A stretch of 64,000 nt of DNA, taken from contig CM082584.2 in assembly GCA_040954595.2 (NCBI GenBank), positions 4,530,110-4,594,109 on the forward strand, written 5' to 3'. This document shows, one piece after another, positions 25,277-37,045 of this stretch (positions within the stretch are counted from its first letter, which is position 1; every line of letters starts with the position of its first letter). The position numbers and the translations under genes were made by a program. Under the pieces are notes generated by a model. The model searched no databases, was not told the DNA's origin, and was given only the letters and a program-made list of their open reading frames with translations. Source of the stretch: Balanoglossus misakiensis. Taxonomy: Eukaryota > Animalia > Hemichordata.

Positions 25277-28200
25277 CTAAAGATCCGGAAATCGATTCGG
25301 ATCCTCTTTGTAATTCCTTGGAACAGAGAAGAGTCGCGATGAAATCTCGATGTTATTCTGAAACTCCTGGAATGTTATCTTTGCTGAGATAGTTGGTAAT
25401 ACTGGTATATCTGTAACAAATCAAAGTAAAGACTTGAGTGGACACAGCGGGCAAGCCTCAATAGTAAACATATACAGCTGTCTAGCAACATATCTTACAT
25501 TTGATCCACTTCAGTGCAATACGTTTTAATGTACCGGTATATGCAAAGCAATATAATTTACTCAATATATATAACATACTGTAAAACACTTTTTCGCAAG
25601 TTACAATTTTTCGCAATATCGAGAGAGGCCAGTTTCGCGAGTATTAATTTTCGCCTTCTCTTATTTCATTCACTGCATCGTTATCTTAAAAAAATATTTT
25701 CGCGAATTTTTATTTTCACGCTATTTTGGCTCTCGCGTATTTCACGAAAATTTATTGCTCGCGAAAATAAAGTGTTTTACAGTAGTGACAATACAGCAAT
25801 CAGTATGTTATTTTTGTGAAGTACGTTATTGTCACCCAAAAATTTGCAAGTAAATTCTGGTCCCTTTCTGACTAATATCAACCAAGGACCAAGTTCTTTT
25901 GAAGAAAATAAAAGTGCTGACTTACCAATTTTGACAGGAAAGCCAGCAGGTAGTTTCATTTGCACAAATTCTCGTAATTTATTGAAATGCTTAAATGGAG
26001 TGATAACTTCTAGAACATTTAGGAGTTCTTCTACAGTCAACGGAAATTCTTCACTCTGCAAAAAATAAAATTGCATCAAATAGTGAGAAAGAGTCATCTT
26101 TTCATGATGATTGGATAAAACTTTATTAGTGAAGCATTAAGTTAGCCACGGGTGATTAACGCCATCATATCACATGATCATTGTGTTTGCTTATCTTTGT
26201 AGTTAAGAGACATGCACAGTAAATGATATTTCTGTTCCTACAGTTGGGCCCATTTTAGATTCATCATGGTGGGCACACCTCTTAGAAATCAATTGGATTG
26301 AGGAACAGTGAGTTGGACATACAGACAGACAGACAATCACTCATACGGCAAAGACACTGGGCCCCCTTATGCCCCTATATGGCACTTTGTGGCCAATATA
26401 AGTAATGTTTATTTACAAAATCTGTTAAAGTCACTATTTGCCTGTAGTGTAGACTTGCACATCTGCCCAATGAGTTTGAGGACAAATGCATTTAATACCT
26501 TACCATTGCCACTGTTGCTTTCACTCCTTTCCTGCTTTCTTTACATAACAAATCTCTTCCAATAGTTGGTGGCCTTTAAATAGAAAAAGGTATGACATGC
26601 ACATACGCATTACAGTAAACTTTAGTGTGAATTTGAATGAAATCAGGTTAAACATGATTGAATAATGCTATAAACATAAAAATCATAACAAATTTCAGGT
26701 AGACATGTTAGATCATATCACAATATGAATTAATATACATGTACATCATGTAGTACGTCCTTGCACAAATTTAGCATGAAATCAGTTCAGGCATGTCTAT
26801 CAAAATTTCCAGACAGAAAAAAATAATCGCATCAAGGACACTCTGCTCCCATCTCATCACAATTGGAATATTCAAGTTTGACAAACAGTAGCCATTATAC
26901 TCATTTTCAACACAAATCCCCAATGGCATATTTAGCACTAACATAATGTGCATAATTTTTGTGATACATACTAAAAAAAACCTGGTGACGAATATTCCTA
27001 GGACTCTGACAACAAAAGTACAAAGCAACTGAATAAGAAATTTCTGAAAGCTAGATTGACTAAAATATGACAAAAATTGCCCAATTGAGAACAACATTGT
27101 TACTTTGCCATAACTTTTACACAATCATTTTATTATACAAGAACAAACGCCACCCCTACAAACCAAACTTTATTTAACTCAGACAAGCTATTCTTGAGAA
27201 ATCTAATTTTGACCAAACATGGCAACATTTATCCCAAAATACAATATGGATATTTTCACCACACTGGAGGATGTCTCCACAACCCTGCAAAACTAACTGC
27301 AAGACAGCATGATCATCTGGGAAAATTATTTTGATGAATATTTACCTCTTTGGTGGTGCACTTATGTATTCTTGCCAAGTGACTTTGCGTGGTGATGGTG
27401 GTGGCAGTGACAGTCTACGTTGAGGCTGGAAATAAAGTGACATTTTAAAACACTTGTACATGTACAATTCAAACAAATAGGATTGTTTGTTAAAGAGAGA
27501 ATCACATTTTTCATAAAAACTATTCTTTAATATGACAAGCAGCATCTACGCAATTCTTTTTCATTTTTAGTTTTTGGTCCTATGAGTGACTGAGAACTAC
27601 CAAACTGTTTTCACAAGATTTTACTTCAGCTTTACACAGCTACATAGAATTCCAATGTACAAGTATATTTTTCTTATGCATATTGAAATGATTATTATCT
27701 TAGATAATTAGTCTTTGAGCATCTTTTTTCCAAAAGAAATATTGTACACAAAAATATACATACCTCTAAATTTCCTTCAACAACGGAGCCTTTACTGATA
27801 CTGTCAATAACTGCTTTGTTTTTCTGTACGTCTTCATCCGACAAGTGTTCTCTCCTGAAATCAAGAATTGTCAGAATTTCAATTCACCTATAGTGGTTGA
27901 AACTATCGCTGAAATATCGCCAAATTCCAAATGGAATTCAGGCAGGAATGTTCTGAATATATTTTTATTAAAACTGTGAATTATTCTTATATGGACAGGC
28001 CCAGAGAGTAATACTTAACATGAACATTTCAAATGCCTTGTAGTACATTCAAACAGCTGTCAGATCAATATATTTAGCAAACTTCATCAAATTTGGAGTG
28101 GTATATTCAGAATTATATTAATAATCACAAAAGTTCATTTAATATACAAATATGGTGCAATAATTAAATGTAATTGACCATAAAGATAACTTCATTAAAA

Positions 28201-31200
28201 TGGACACCATGCCCACAAAAAACGAAAAAGTTCTTGCTGTCTATAACCAATTTCATTTTGTTCTTGCGCATACTCAGACATAAACACCCTCCACTGTGAT
28301 CAATAGGGATTAAAAAGACATTATCTCAATAAACCAACTAGCACTCCCAACTTACTAACATTTCATATTAAGGAAAGATGTACAACTTCAGATGAAGAGT
28401 TGACTTATTTTGATGTTTATGTTCATAAAACAATCTGATTATATGACAGAACAGGCAGACTGAGTGTCCCATACACACAATCTACAATAAAGAATGAGCA
28501 ATTTTTTCTGACACAGGTCAAAAGATTGTTCATTACCTTTTCCTGGATTCAATGATCATACCGTGAACAACATAGAAATCAGCGTTGAAAGAACCAACCA
28601 TTTCTGTGCGATCTTCACGAAATAACCATCCACTCTGCGATCTCATGAATGATATTGTTTTGGTTGACATAGTTGCTGTCACAATATCACTACTCATTAA
28701 AATATCCACCTCATCCTCGATTTCACTTTCTGAATCCTGAAACAAAAATATACCATAATATAGCCGTGAAAACCAAATGGGAAATGTTAGCATACACTCT
28801 AAACCACTCTGGATAGAAACTTTATTTTAATTCTTACTGTCAAACCTTCATTTAAATCATTGAGCACCACTCACCATTCTCAATCGGTGTCACCAAAGGA
28901 AGATTTTGTCATATATGTTTTCTGGGAGGTTGGTTAGCCAATAGAAGATGAACTGAATTTTGATTTTAATATAGGCTTCAAAATAGTGCATTCTGGGATG
29001 AATGTAATGAATTTAAAAGAAATCTACATGTATACTTACATCAGGTCGTATTCTTTGATAGAGTTTCAGTTCATTATCTAAGACAACTAACGACTTTTCG
29101 TGCTTGGCTTCACCATTAAATATAAAAGTCAAATCACCACGTTGCCACTTCATATCATTGAAGTCTACAAGTGTGGAATCTACCCGCAAACAGCAACCTT
29201 TCTTGTGAACTCGGCAAATGTCAGACGGCAACATACGGGAAACTAAAGGAACTGAAAAACAAACGAGACAAAGTTAATTTCCAATGCCAAGAACTCAGCC
29301 CTTCACACAGAGAGTTAAAGGGACAAAGTCTCTCTCTCGCTGCCCCTTTTCCATTAATCATGTTTGATACAAGACACCGTTTATGTTAATGTAAATGATG
29401 ATATATAGTGAATCAACGTTCGACCACACACAACTTCCATCCCGTTTGTAGGATATGAGAGTAAAAATCTCGCCAAAATGAATAAACGGTAAACACCGAT
29501 TATTCATTTTGGCGAGTTTTTCACTCTCGTGTCTACAAGCGGGATGAAAGTTTTGTGAGGTCAAACGTTGATTCACTATATATCCACATGTAGAATAACA
29601 TAAACGGTGTCTTGTATCAATCATAATTAATAGAAACAGGGCAGCCAGAGAGAGACGTAGCCCCTTTACTGTCTGCACATCAATCTAAAAGACAATTCAA
29701 TCAAATGTTATATTTCTTGCACTGCATGACATTTCATCATTATGCAGATTATATATTAATGCAAATTACTGAAAATTGGCTCCAGATACATGTAGATGTT
29801 TTTATCATGTTTTGGGAGGAAGGAATTTTATTAAATGTTCCTAGTCAGTGATGTCAGGCAAAATGCCCCAGGAACTTCGTCCACTGCCAGAACTTTGGGT
29901 AACTTTCACATGTACAAAATGATATTAATATGTGTATATTTTTTTTAAATATACAATGCGAAAAGAAATGATTTGTTAAAATTTCATTTTGATTTACAGA
30001 CAGTAATGGATATGCTAACATTCAATATTGCAAATGACTATTTCGGCTGATGAGTTATTTGTAACTGCCCCAGGGTGAATGAAAAGAACACTAACGCATC
30101 CAGGCTATTGCACATCCTCCCATGGAAACAGAAACTTCCCCAAATATTCAAGCACTTCATTTTGTTCCATTCTGAATGCTGCTTTTGTTCTCCGTTTTGC
30201 TTGTCATATTTAACCTTTGACCCTTTAATTACATTGGCACGTAGACAGCTTTTATCGTGAAGAGTTTCATTTACACTGAAACCTGTAAAGTAGATATCAG
30301 CTGCATGTGTTCCAATGTTTGTTTTGTTTGCACAGAAGGCAAGATGTCTGCATATACCCGAAGAACTTACCCCAGCTCTGAAAATCCCATTTCAATTCCA
30401 AATAAAAATCACCCAAATCCTTGAGTGCTTGGATTAATTGTGGTCGTTTGTCTTCTAAAGAGTCTCTTGATTGTTGTTTCAATTTCCTTAGTACTGATGT
30501 AACTAATAATAGACAAAATGTATATGCATAAACCAACATGACAGAAAACCCCATTTGTACGTTTGAATTATCAAGCCACACCACTTCTGGAACATACCAC
30601 ATTGTTAATCAAATAATGTGAGCCTCTGATAAATGAAATATTATATTATACCAGTATATTGATGGTGTAAATCACGCTATTTGATTGGTCGAGACATGAC
30701 ACGTGACCGTGATATATTAGCCATATACCACAGTCATATATCATAGTCAAAGAAAATGCCTTTTAAAAATGTTTTATGCAAAGTTTCAATATACTGGCAT
30801 AATATAATAGCAATAAAACACCCCCAGCCATGGTATACCACTCGATTTTGACCAGTTCAACTCCATATACACGAGCGATAGCGAGTGCGTATATGTCGTG
30901 AACTGGTCAAAATCTCGTGGTATACCATGGCTGGGGGTGTTTTATTGCTTAAATAGCAACTAAATGTTGTATGTCATACACTAAAACACCAAATTCAGGT
31001 TCATATCAGTGTTTTTCTTAAGGTTGGGGAGCATTGGCCAGTAACACTTAATTCTGCTACCCATAAATATGACTGCGTTCATATACCAAGGGAAACCCCG
31101 GTAAAATGACTTGGAAACCCCGGTAACATTTACCTGGGTACTGCCCTTAACAAAAACACTGAATATGATCAACTTTCCCCTAATAATATAAATGTGTAGT

Positions 31201-33668
31201 AGTATAGGGGAGGTTTGTCTAAACAGCCATCTTGGAATCACGGTGGGTTGTGGGATAGCTGAAGGCTATAGTGGAGGGGCACTTGCGTAGCAACGTGTTC
31301 AGCACAAGTGGCGTCTTCCTCGAGTGCCCCTCCAGTTCTATCCCACAACCCACCTTGTTTCCAAGATGGCGGTTAAGACTAACCTCCCTTAAAGGAACAA
31401 AGTCTCTCCCTCACTGCCCTTTTTCCATTAATTACGTTTTGATACAAGACGCCGTTAATGTTATTCTACATGTGGATATATAGTGAATCAACATTCGACC
31501 ACACACAACTTCTATCCCGTTTGTAGGATATGAGAGTAAAAATCTCTCCAAAAAGAATAAATGGTAAACACCGATTATTCATTTTGGCGAGTTTTTCACT
31601 CTTGTGTCTACAAGTGGGATGGAAGGTGTGTGTGATTGAACGTTGATTCACTATATATCTACATGTGGAATTGCATAAATGGTGTCTTGTATCAAACATA
31701 AATTATGGGAAAGAGGGCAGCGAGAGAGAGAGTTTGTCCCTTTAATACATGTAGGTAATTATATGATACCAGCCCCCTTTTGAGAGTACTTACTAGTTTG
31801 TCTATCTCCACGACTGATGGCTTCAGCTAATGGAGTCCATCCCTGAGAATTCTTGACTTTAACCGGTGCGCCGTGTGCCAACAGAAGATGTACACATTCT
31901 AAAGACAGAAGGAATGACAGGCAGCTAATTAAATCAGGCCCAGTGACAAATATTCTCATAGGATATGTGGTTATTTCAGGTCAATAAATGTTTGCACTTC
32001 TATTACAACTTACACAAAATGGGTATCGTCTGGCAGCCATTTTGGATAGCTTTACGGAACAAGTTGACATGCATATGGAATATTATTATACATTCTACTA
32101 TCCTAAACAACAGAAATAAGCATGCACTAAAATCACATTACAGAATGCCCGTTCCATAAAACATTATAGAAAATATCAAGACACCGCATTCTCACACTCC
32201 TGGCCGCTGTGAGTGTTGGATCAAATCGATCTCACATTCTGTATAAATGTGCATACAGACCACTGTTATGTGGCACAAGCTCTGGTTGGATAATGATATT
32301 CTGTACCCCCAACAATGCACAAATATTATCCACTCCTTCACCCCTTCAGAAGTGCTCGAACACAATGATGAACATAATTCGCCTCCTTGTATAAGGTGGT
32401 ACAACAAATACATGTATATCAAGGATGGAATATCTGAAGGTTTTAATTAAAGCCTCACCTTTATGTCCTAGCATTACCGCTAAATGTAGAGGTGTATTTC
32501 CTGGAAAACAAATAATAATATAGTATGTCACAAGAGTAATGCAGTAAAATTATGAATACTATTGCTGATTATACACATACAACGTATTAAGGGGCCACAT
32601 CAAAAGCAGGATGTCCAATAAAAAAACTTCATTCCTTAACCCTAACGCTGCCAAGTCAGTTAAAACTGGTTTGATTTCCAGGGTGCCTAGAATCCTGGCT
32701 CCCAGGCCTGTTAGAGTGCATGTTAATCAGTAGGGCCTATACAAGACCCTCAGACCAATACAGTGCAAACCAGTGCGATTTGGTGCATTTTACAGGGGGC
32801 TCAGACTGCCAAGTGTGTCTAAGTACGTATGAGAGCCATGTCAAGACAGTCAAAATACGTTTTAGAAGAAAAAGTGGCAAATACGTTTTTTAAAGGACTT
32901 GATACTCTACTAAAAGGTATGACACCCAGTAGCATTAGGGTTAAAGGGTAACGCCCCCCCCCCCCCCCTTGATGAATTGCTAGGGTGTGCCAACATCTTT
33001 ATCAGGGGGTAAATCACCCATCCAAAAGTCTAGATGGAACACTGTGAATGAATGATCCATACACTTCATACAATGTAGAAAATATATGTGCATGGTAAAC
33101 ATGACAATCATCTCAATTTTTGTTCACTATTAACGTACCAATTAATGGCCTCATATGAATACAATGTCTCAATATACTGGTACTATAGTATATGGTACCA
33201 GTACAACTAAAACTGCCGCAAGGCGTGAAAGTAAAACAGACAATATGTGCATATGTTGACAGTACATATGCACATACCGGTACAGTATCCACATACATAC
33301 CGGGTACATGTATACACAAGGGATGCTGTTTAATCACATATGCTCCTGTCCCCATAGCCATGACAAACAGATGTTAAAATATAATAAAGCCCTCCAAAAT
33401 CCAGCAACATGCATGAGTTTATCATACCAGTATCTATCTTGTTATTTGTTCAGAGTTGTACATTATAACATTTCTATGTAGTCGTGTACCCTTACTGACT
33501 CTCTGTATAGAATGGCCAATTATCAAATGTCAACATCCAAACAAAGATGTTATAGAATTGAGAACATAAGCCTAGCCTGCAGAGAGCACAATGTTTCAAT
33601 TGATTTTTATCATATGCGTACATGTATGTTGACATGGTATCCACACAGATGTAGTTATGTTGACACTG

Positions 33669-33735
<67 letters not shown>

Positions 33736-34513
33736 ATACAATGGCGAAGACTTTGTTTTGAAGTAAACTAACCACATATGACTTCAGCATAGTGAGTCGA
33801 TTTCCAGGTGAAATCCTGTCCTTGGAGTTTGACAATGTCAAATGTGTCTACATCAATCAAAACACCCACAGAAATATATTTGAATGTAACTATAGTTCAG
33901 AACATCTTGGAGCTCCAGTTCTTTTCTATTGATCAATCCATCAACAGACATTTTATACGGTATATCATACATTGACTTCAGAAAAACGGATTGCTAGAGT
34001 TACTACTGCTTATTGGCATTTTTAAATTAAACCAAATAAGGATTTTGGTGCTCTTTGGTGTGCAAAAGTTATCTGCACCAGGAATCGCTCAGAGAAACTT
34101 CAGTTCGAAATTGACATTGACAACTATGTCAGCTGTCACAACTGACTGTGGCCTCACGCATATCGAGGCTGGAACGCACTGTCCTTTTACTGTATTTCAG
34201 CCAGTGAATAGAAACAAGGATAACGGGCGACATTACAATTCATTGGCAAATGATGCAAATAAACTTGCCGTTTATAGAGATGTCAACACATTCACAGTAC
34301 ATGTACTCAGTCGTGGCAATCACGGTAACACTGCGACATATGTTTACATACAGACAACTTGCGACGTCATCGCGGAATAAGATGTGATAAACTGTTGATC
34401 TTACCATGGATGTCTTTTTGTGAAATGTCGTGGGTCCTGAGAAGTGAAGATACTTGCCGAAGATCGCCGTTAAAAACACACTCGTGGAGAGGAAAATCAA
34501 AGGTGTCCGCCAT
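25277..34513 (-). CDS. ANKRD13C: Ankyrin repeat domain-containing protein 13C, 11 exons
   Basis: Minus-strand exons 34513-34405, 32500-32459, 31898-31794, 30502-30371, 29251-29040, 28736-28537, 27854-27764, 27425-27346, 26573-26504, 26055-25926, 25410-25277 join in frame: [67 protein letters not shown], ending YKEDPNRFPDL* (13C-type end without UIMs). Confidence 0.94.
25577..25784. mobile_element. MITE family D copy
   Basis: TA|CTGTAAAACACT...AGTGTTTTACAG|TA; right half nearly identical to 51518-51594. Confidence 0.8.
29315..29669. mobile_element. MITE family A, copy 2
   Basis: Same termini and internal sequence; in an ANKRD13C intron. Confidence 0.85.
30644..30952. mobile_element. Asymmetric hairpin-ended repeat; second copy at ~50450-50756
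   Basis: ATACCAGTATATTGA...TCAATATACTGG inverted pair followed by a ~140 bp terminal hairpin ending GTGTTTTATTGCTTAA. Confidence 0.75.
31389..31745. mobile_element. MITE family A, copy 3
   Basis: TTAA|AGGAACAAAG...TTTGTCCCT|TTAA. Confidence 0.85.
32636..32944. mobile_element. piggyBac-like MITE (TTAA|CCCT...AGGG|TTAA); inverted copy at ~5361-5652
   Basis: Termini CCCTAACGCTGC / GTAGCATTAGGG with TTAA on both sides; near-identical reverse-complement copy in PDE4 upstream intron. Confidence 0.8.
33672..33735. repeat. (GT)n microsatellite
   Basis: About 31 uninterrupted TG units in ANKRD13C intron 1. Confidence 0.95.
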
Positions 34514-34564
34514 ACTGTTTTTGACCGACCGAAGTCTATGTGACCTTTCAGTGCAAATCAGGTC

Positions 34565-34605
34565 ACCGCTGCGCGGCGGCCGCGCGCGCGCGCGCACGCG
34601 CACCT
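34565..34605. promoter_or_regulatory. CpG-rich (CG)n tract at the probable ANKRD13C promoter/5' end
   Basis: gcgcggcggccgcgcgcgcgcgcgcacgcgcac, about 55-90 bp upstream of the ATG, in an otherwise CpG-poor background. Confidence 0.5.
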
Positions 34606-34637
34606 GCTGTACATATTTGTACGTGTCTACAGTCTAG

Positions 34638-34780
34638 CTACAAGTGGGATGGAAGTTGTGTGTGGTTGAATGTTGATTCACTATACATGTATATCCACAT
34701 GTACATTAATATAAACGGTGTCTTGTATCAAACATAACTAATGGAAAAGGGGCAGCGAGGGACTGAGACTGTCCCTTTAA
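34638..34780. mobile_element. MITE family A, truncated copy 4 just upstream of ANKRD13C
   Basis: Only one arm present, ending GTCCCT|TTAA. Confidence 0.75.
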
Positions 34781-36205
34781 AAGGCAGCGCTCAGGTTAGG
34801 GGGGGGGGGGTCGTAGGAAAGTCCATAGCTTTGTGGTGTATTTGACACATTCTTCAGTGTTCATTGATATTGATTTGAGGGAAGCGGTCGTCGCGCCGCG
34901 TGGATGTCCCCCTTGATGAGAATATTACCAGACCATCCCCCCCCCCCCTGCAGTCGCCACGACCTTTTTCAGTTGCTGTCATGCCCAGTCTACGCCCGAT
35001 GCCCGATGCCTACTTTGAGTGGAGTGGCAAAATTAAAATTTGTCCTCCCAAACATTGACATAATTTGCTTTTGAGTTCATTAAAATGCAACTGTGAGCAC
35101 CGTATTTTACAAAATTTTCTTATGTGGGAGGGGGACACGCCCACCCCCGCCACTTTTCTTGTTTTACCAATTCTAGCAACTATTGTATTGACTTGTCATT
35201 TTAATTTGTTCATAGATTTCTTTATTGCAACGATATACTATAATATACTTCAATTACTTTAAGAAATTTATAATTGAGGTGTGAGGAGCCTCATTCCCTT
35301 TATTGCACACAGTGTATGATAGGATCAGGACGGCGAATGTTTTCGGCGGGGGGGGGGGGGTATCATATTTTTGGCTCTGTCAAAGGGGGGGGGTCATCAT
35401 TTTTTGGTCCTGGACGAAGGGGGGGGGGGGGGGGTCGGCCTGATTTTGAAAACCGATGACACAAACTTGCCGCCCCCCCTGCCGTAAAAACTGAACGGTC
35501 CCTAAGTTACACTCTTTTGAAGTTGCACTACAGAGCCCAAAACCGAACAGAGAAAATCGACAATTTGTGTGAACGGCACTTTCAGTTGGAAAAAAACGAT
35601 CATAAATAGTACTTACTCACTGCTTTGTTATGTTTTATTGAAGTAGCATAATACTAGAGACTTTAGACCAAGTCATTTTCATCTAGAACGTTTTGCAAGT
35701 TCATAAATTAGTGGAAAATCGTGAAAAAAACGACACCATTACGGACAGAGTACAATAATGAGGTTGGTTTGTTTATTCAGCAAACAAGGGACTGTTAATC
35801 CCTACCACTGATAACTTCTCCAAACGGCACTAAGCCCGTGAAGTACACACTTCTGAAAACCCATATTTTCACACTCCTACCATAACATGTAATTTGTAAT
35901 TGTACATTTGCGGGTGTTTCATTGCCCTATGTCCGGTCAATAAGCCTGTGCCATGGAGCATGATGTTCGAACCCTGATGGAAGCCATAGTTGACCATCAT
36001 GCTGGAAGCCTAACTTTCCGGAATGTTTATAACTGTACTCACAATTCTTAAAATATGTTACTTTTGATAAATTTACACATCTTTACGAGTGTGACCCGGT
36101 AAAACTCATTTAATAAAAAATAATGCAAATTCAAATGGTTTGAAATATTGAAAAAAGTAAAAATCACCAAAAAATGCAAGAAAACTGCGTCTCATCCTTT
36201 AATAA

Positions 36206-36225
36206 GTCTTATTTTTGATTTACTT
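36206..36225 (-). terminator. Putative snRNA 3' box of U2
   Basis: Minus strand AAGTAAATCAAAAATAAGAC just downstream of the U2 3' end, loosely resembling the GTTTN(0-3)AAARNNAGA consensus. Confidence 0.35.
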
Positions 36226-36229
36226 GTGA

Positions 36230-36382
36230 GGTGGACCGTTCCTGGAGGTACTGCAATACCAGGTCGATCCGTGGCCAGGACGGAGCAAGCCCCTATTCCA
36301 TGGCCAGTTTCCAAAAATCAGTTTAATATCGAGCTGCTCGGTGAGCAGCGTATCAGATATTAAGCTGATAAGAACAGATACT
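36230..36382 (-). ncRNA. U2: U2 snRNA, 3' portion (from about nt 35 to the end), separated from its 5' end by the retrotransposon
   Basis: Minus strand reads AGTATCTGTTCTTATCAGCTTAATATCTGATACG...GATTTTTGG (Sm site)...ATAGGGGCTTGCTCC...ATCGACCTGGTATTGCAGTACCTCCAGGAACGGTCCAC. Stems IIb (GCTGCTC/GAGCAGC), III (TGGCCA/TGGCCA) and IV can pair. Confidence 0.95.
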
Positions 36383-37045
36383 CCTTTTTGATTTAGGGGT
36401 AAACAAAAAACTAACCTAACCTAACAACTTACTCCTTCACAGAGACAACAAATCAACTAGACTACATCCGAAAACTATAAAAACAGAAGAAAACAACGGG
36501 AGCCCCTAGGCAGGCCGAAACCACGTCGGTTCGAAGTACAAGGGCGTACGACACCCCCTGCCCAATTCTCCAAAGTAAAGGTAACGATCGAAACAATATT
36601 AAAACTAAACGAAAAATACAACAACTTAAGAGCAAAGTAATGTTGAAAAACCAGCACAAATGAACAGTCGTAACACGACCTGACCCCACCCCAATCTTTA
36701 TTTTTAACAGGTCAAAGGTTACAAAGCACCAATCAAAAACTCGCTCTAAAAGAATCCAAGAATACATCACTGAAGAAATGCTGAAAAGACAAGAGGAGAA
36801 ATACAGAATACAACGAAGAAATACCATAACCAAGTGGAAAGGAACGCAATGTACAGCCAGGTGAAACACCCATACACACTCGCACTCATTCGAAAACACG
36901 CGGTAAAAGACGAAAAACGCGAGACACTCTGTTTTGCGCGGCGAAGAGTAATCACGTATGCAGTAACTGAAGACGAAGTAACCGGATATCATCGACGATG
37001 ACGAAAAAACCGCGAATGCGGGTAAGTGAAAACAAAACAACCAGC

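Noticed and set aside
35330-35505. G-run cluster as a functional G-quadruplex element
   Set aside because: Appears to be the interior of a G/C-run-rich MITE (ends ...GAACGGTCCCTA); similar runs occur in other repeats in the window.
36411-36425. GTTAGGTTAGGTTAG telomere-like repeat near the element 3' end
   Set aside because: Only three 5-mer units in a T/G-rich UTR; too short to support telomeric origin or targeting.
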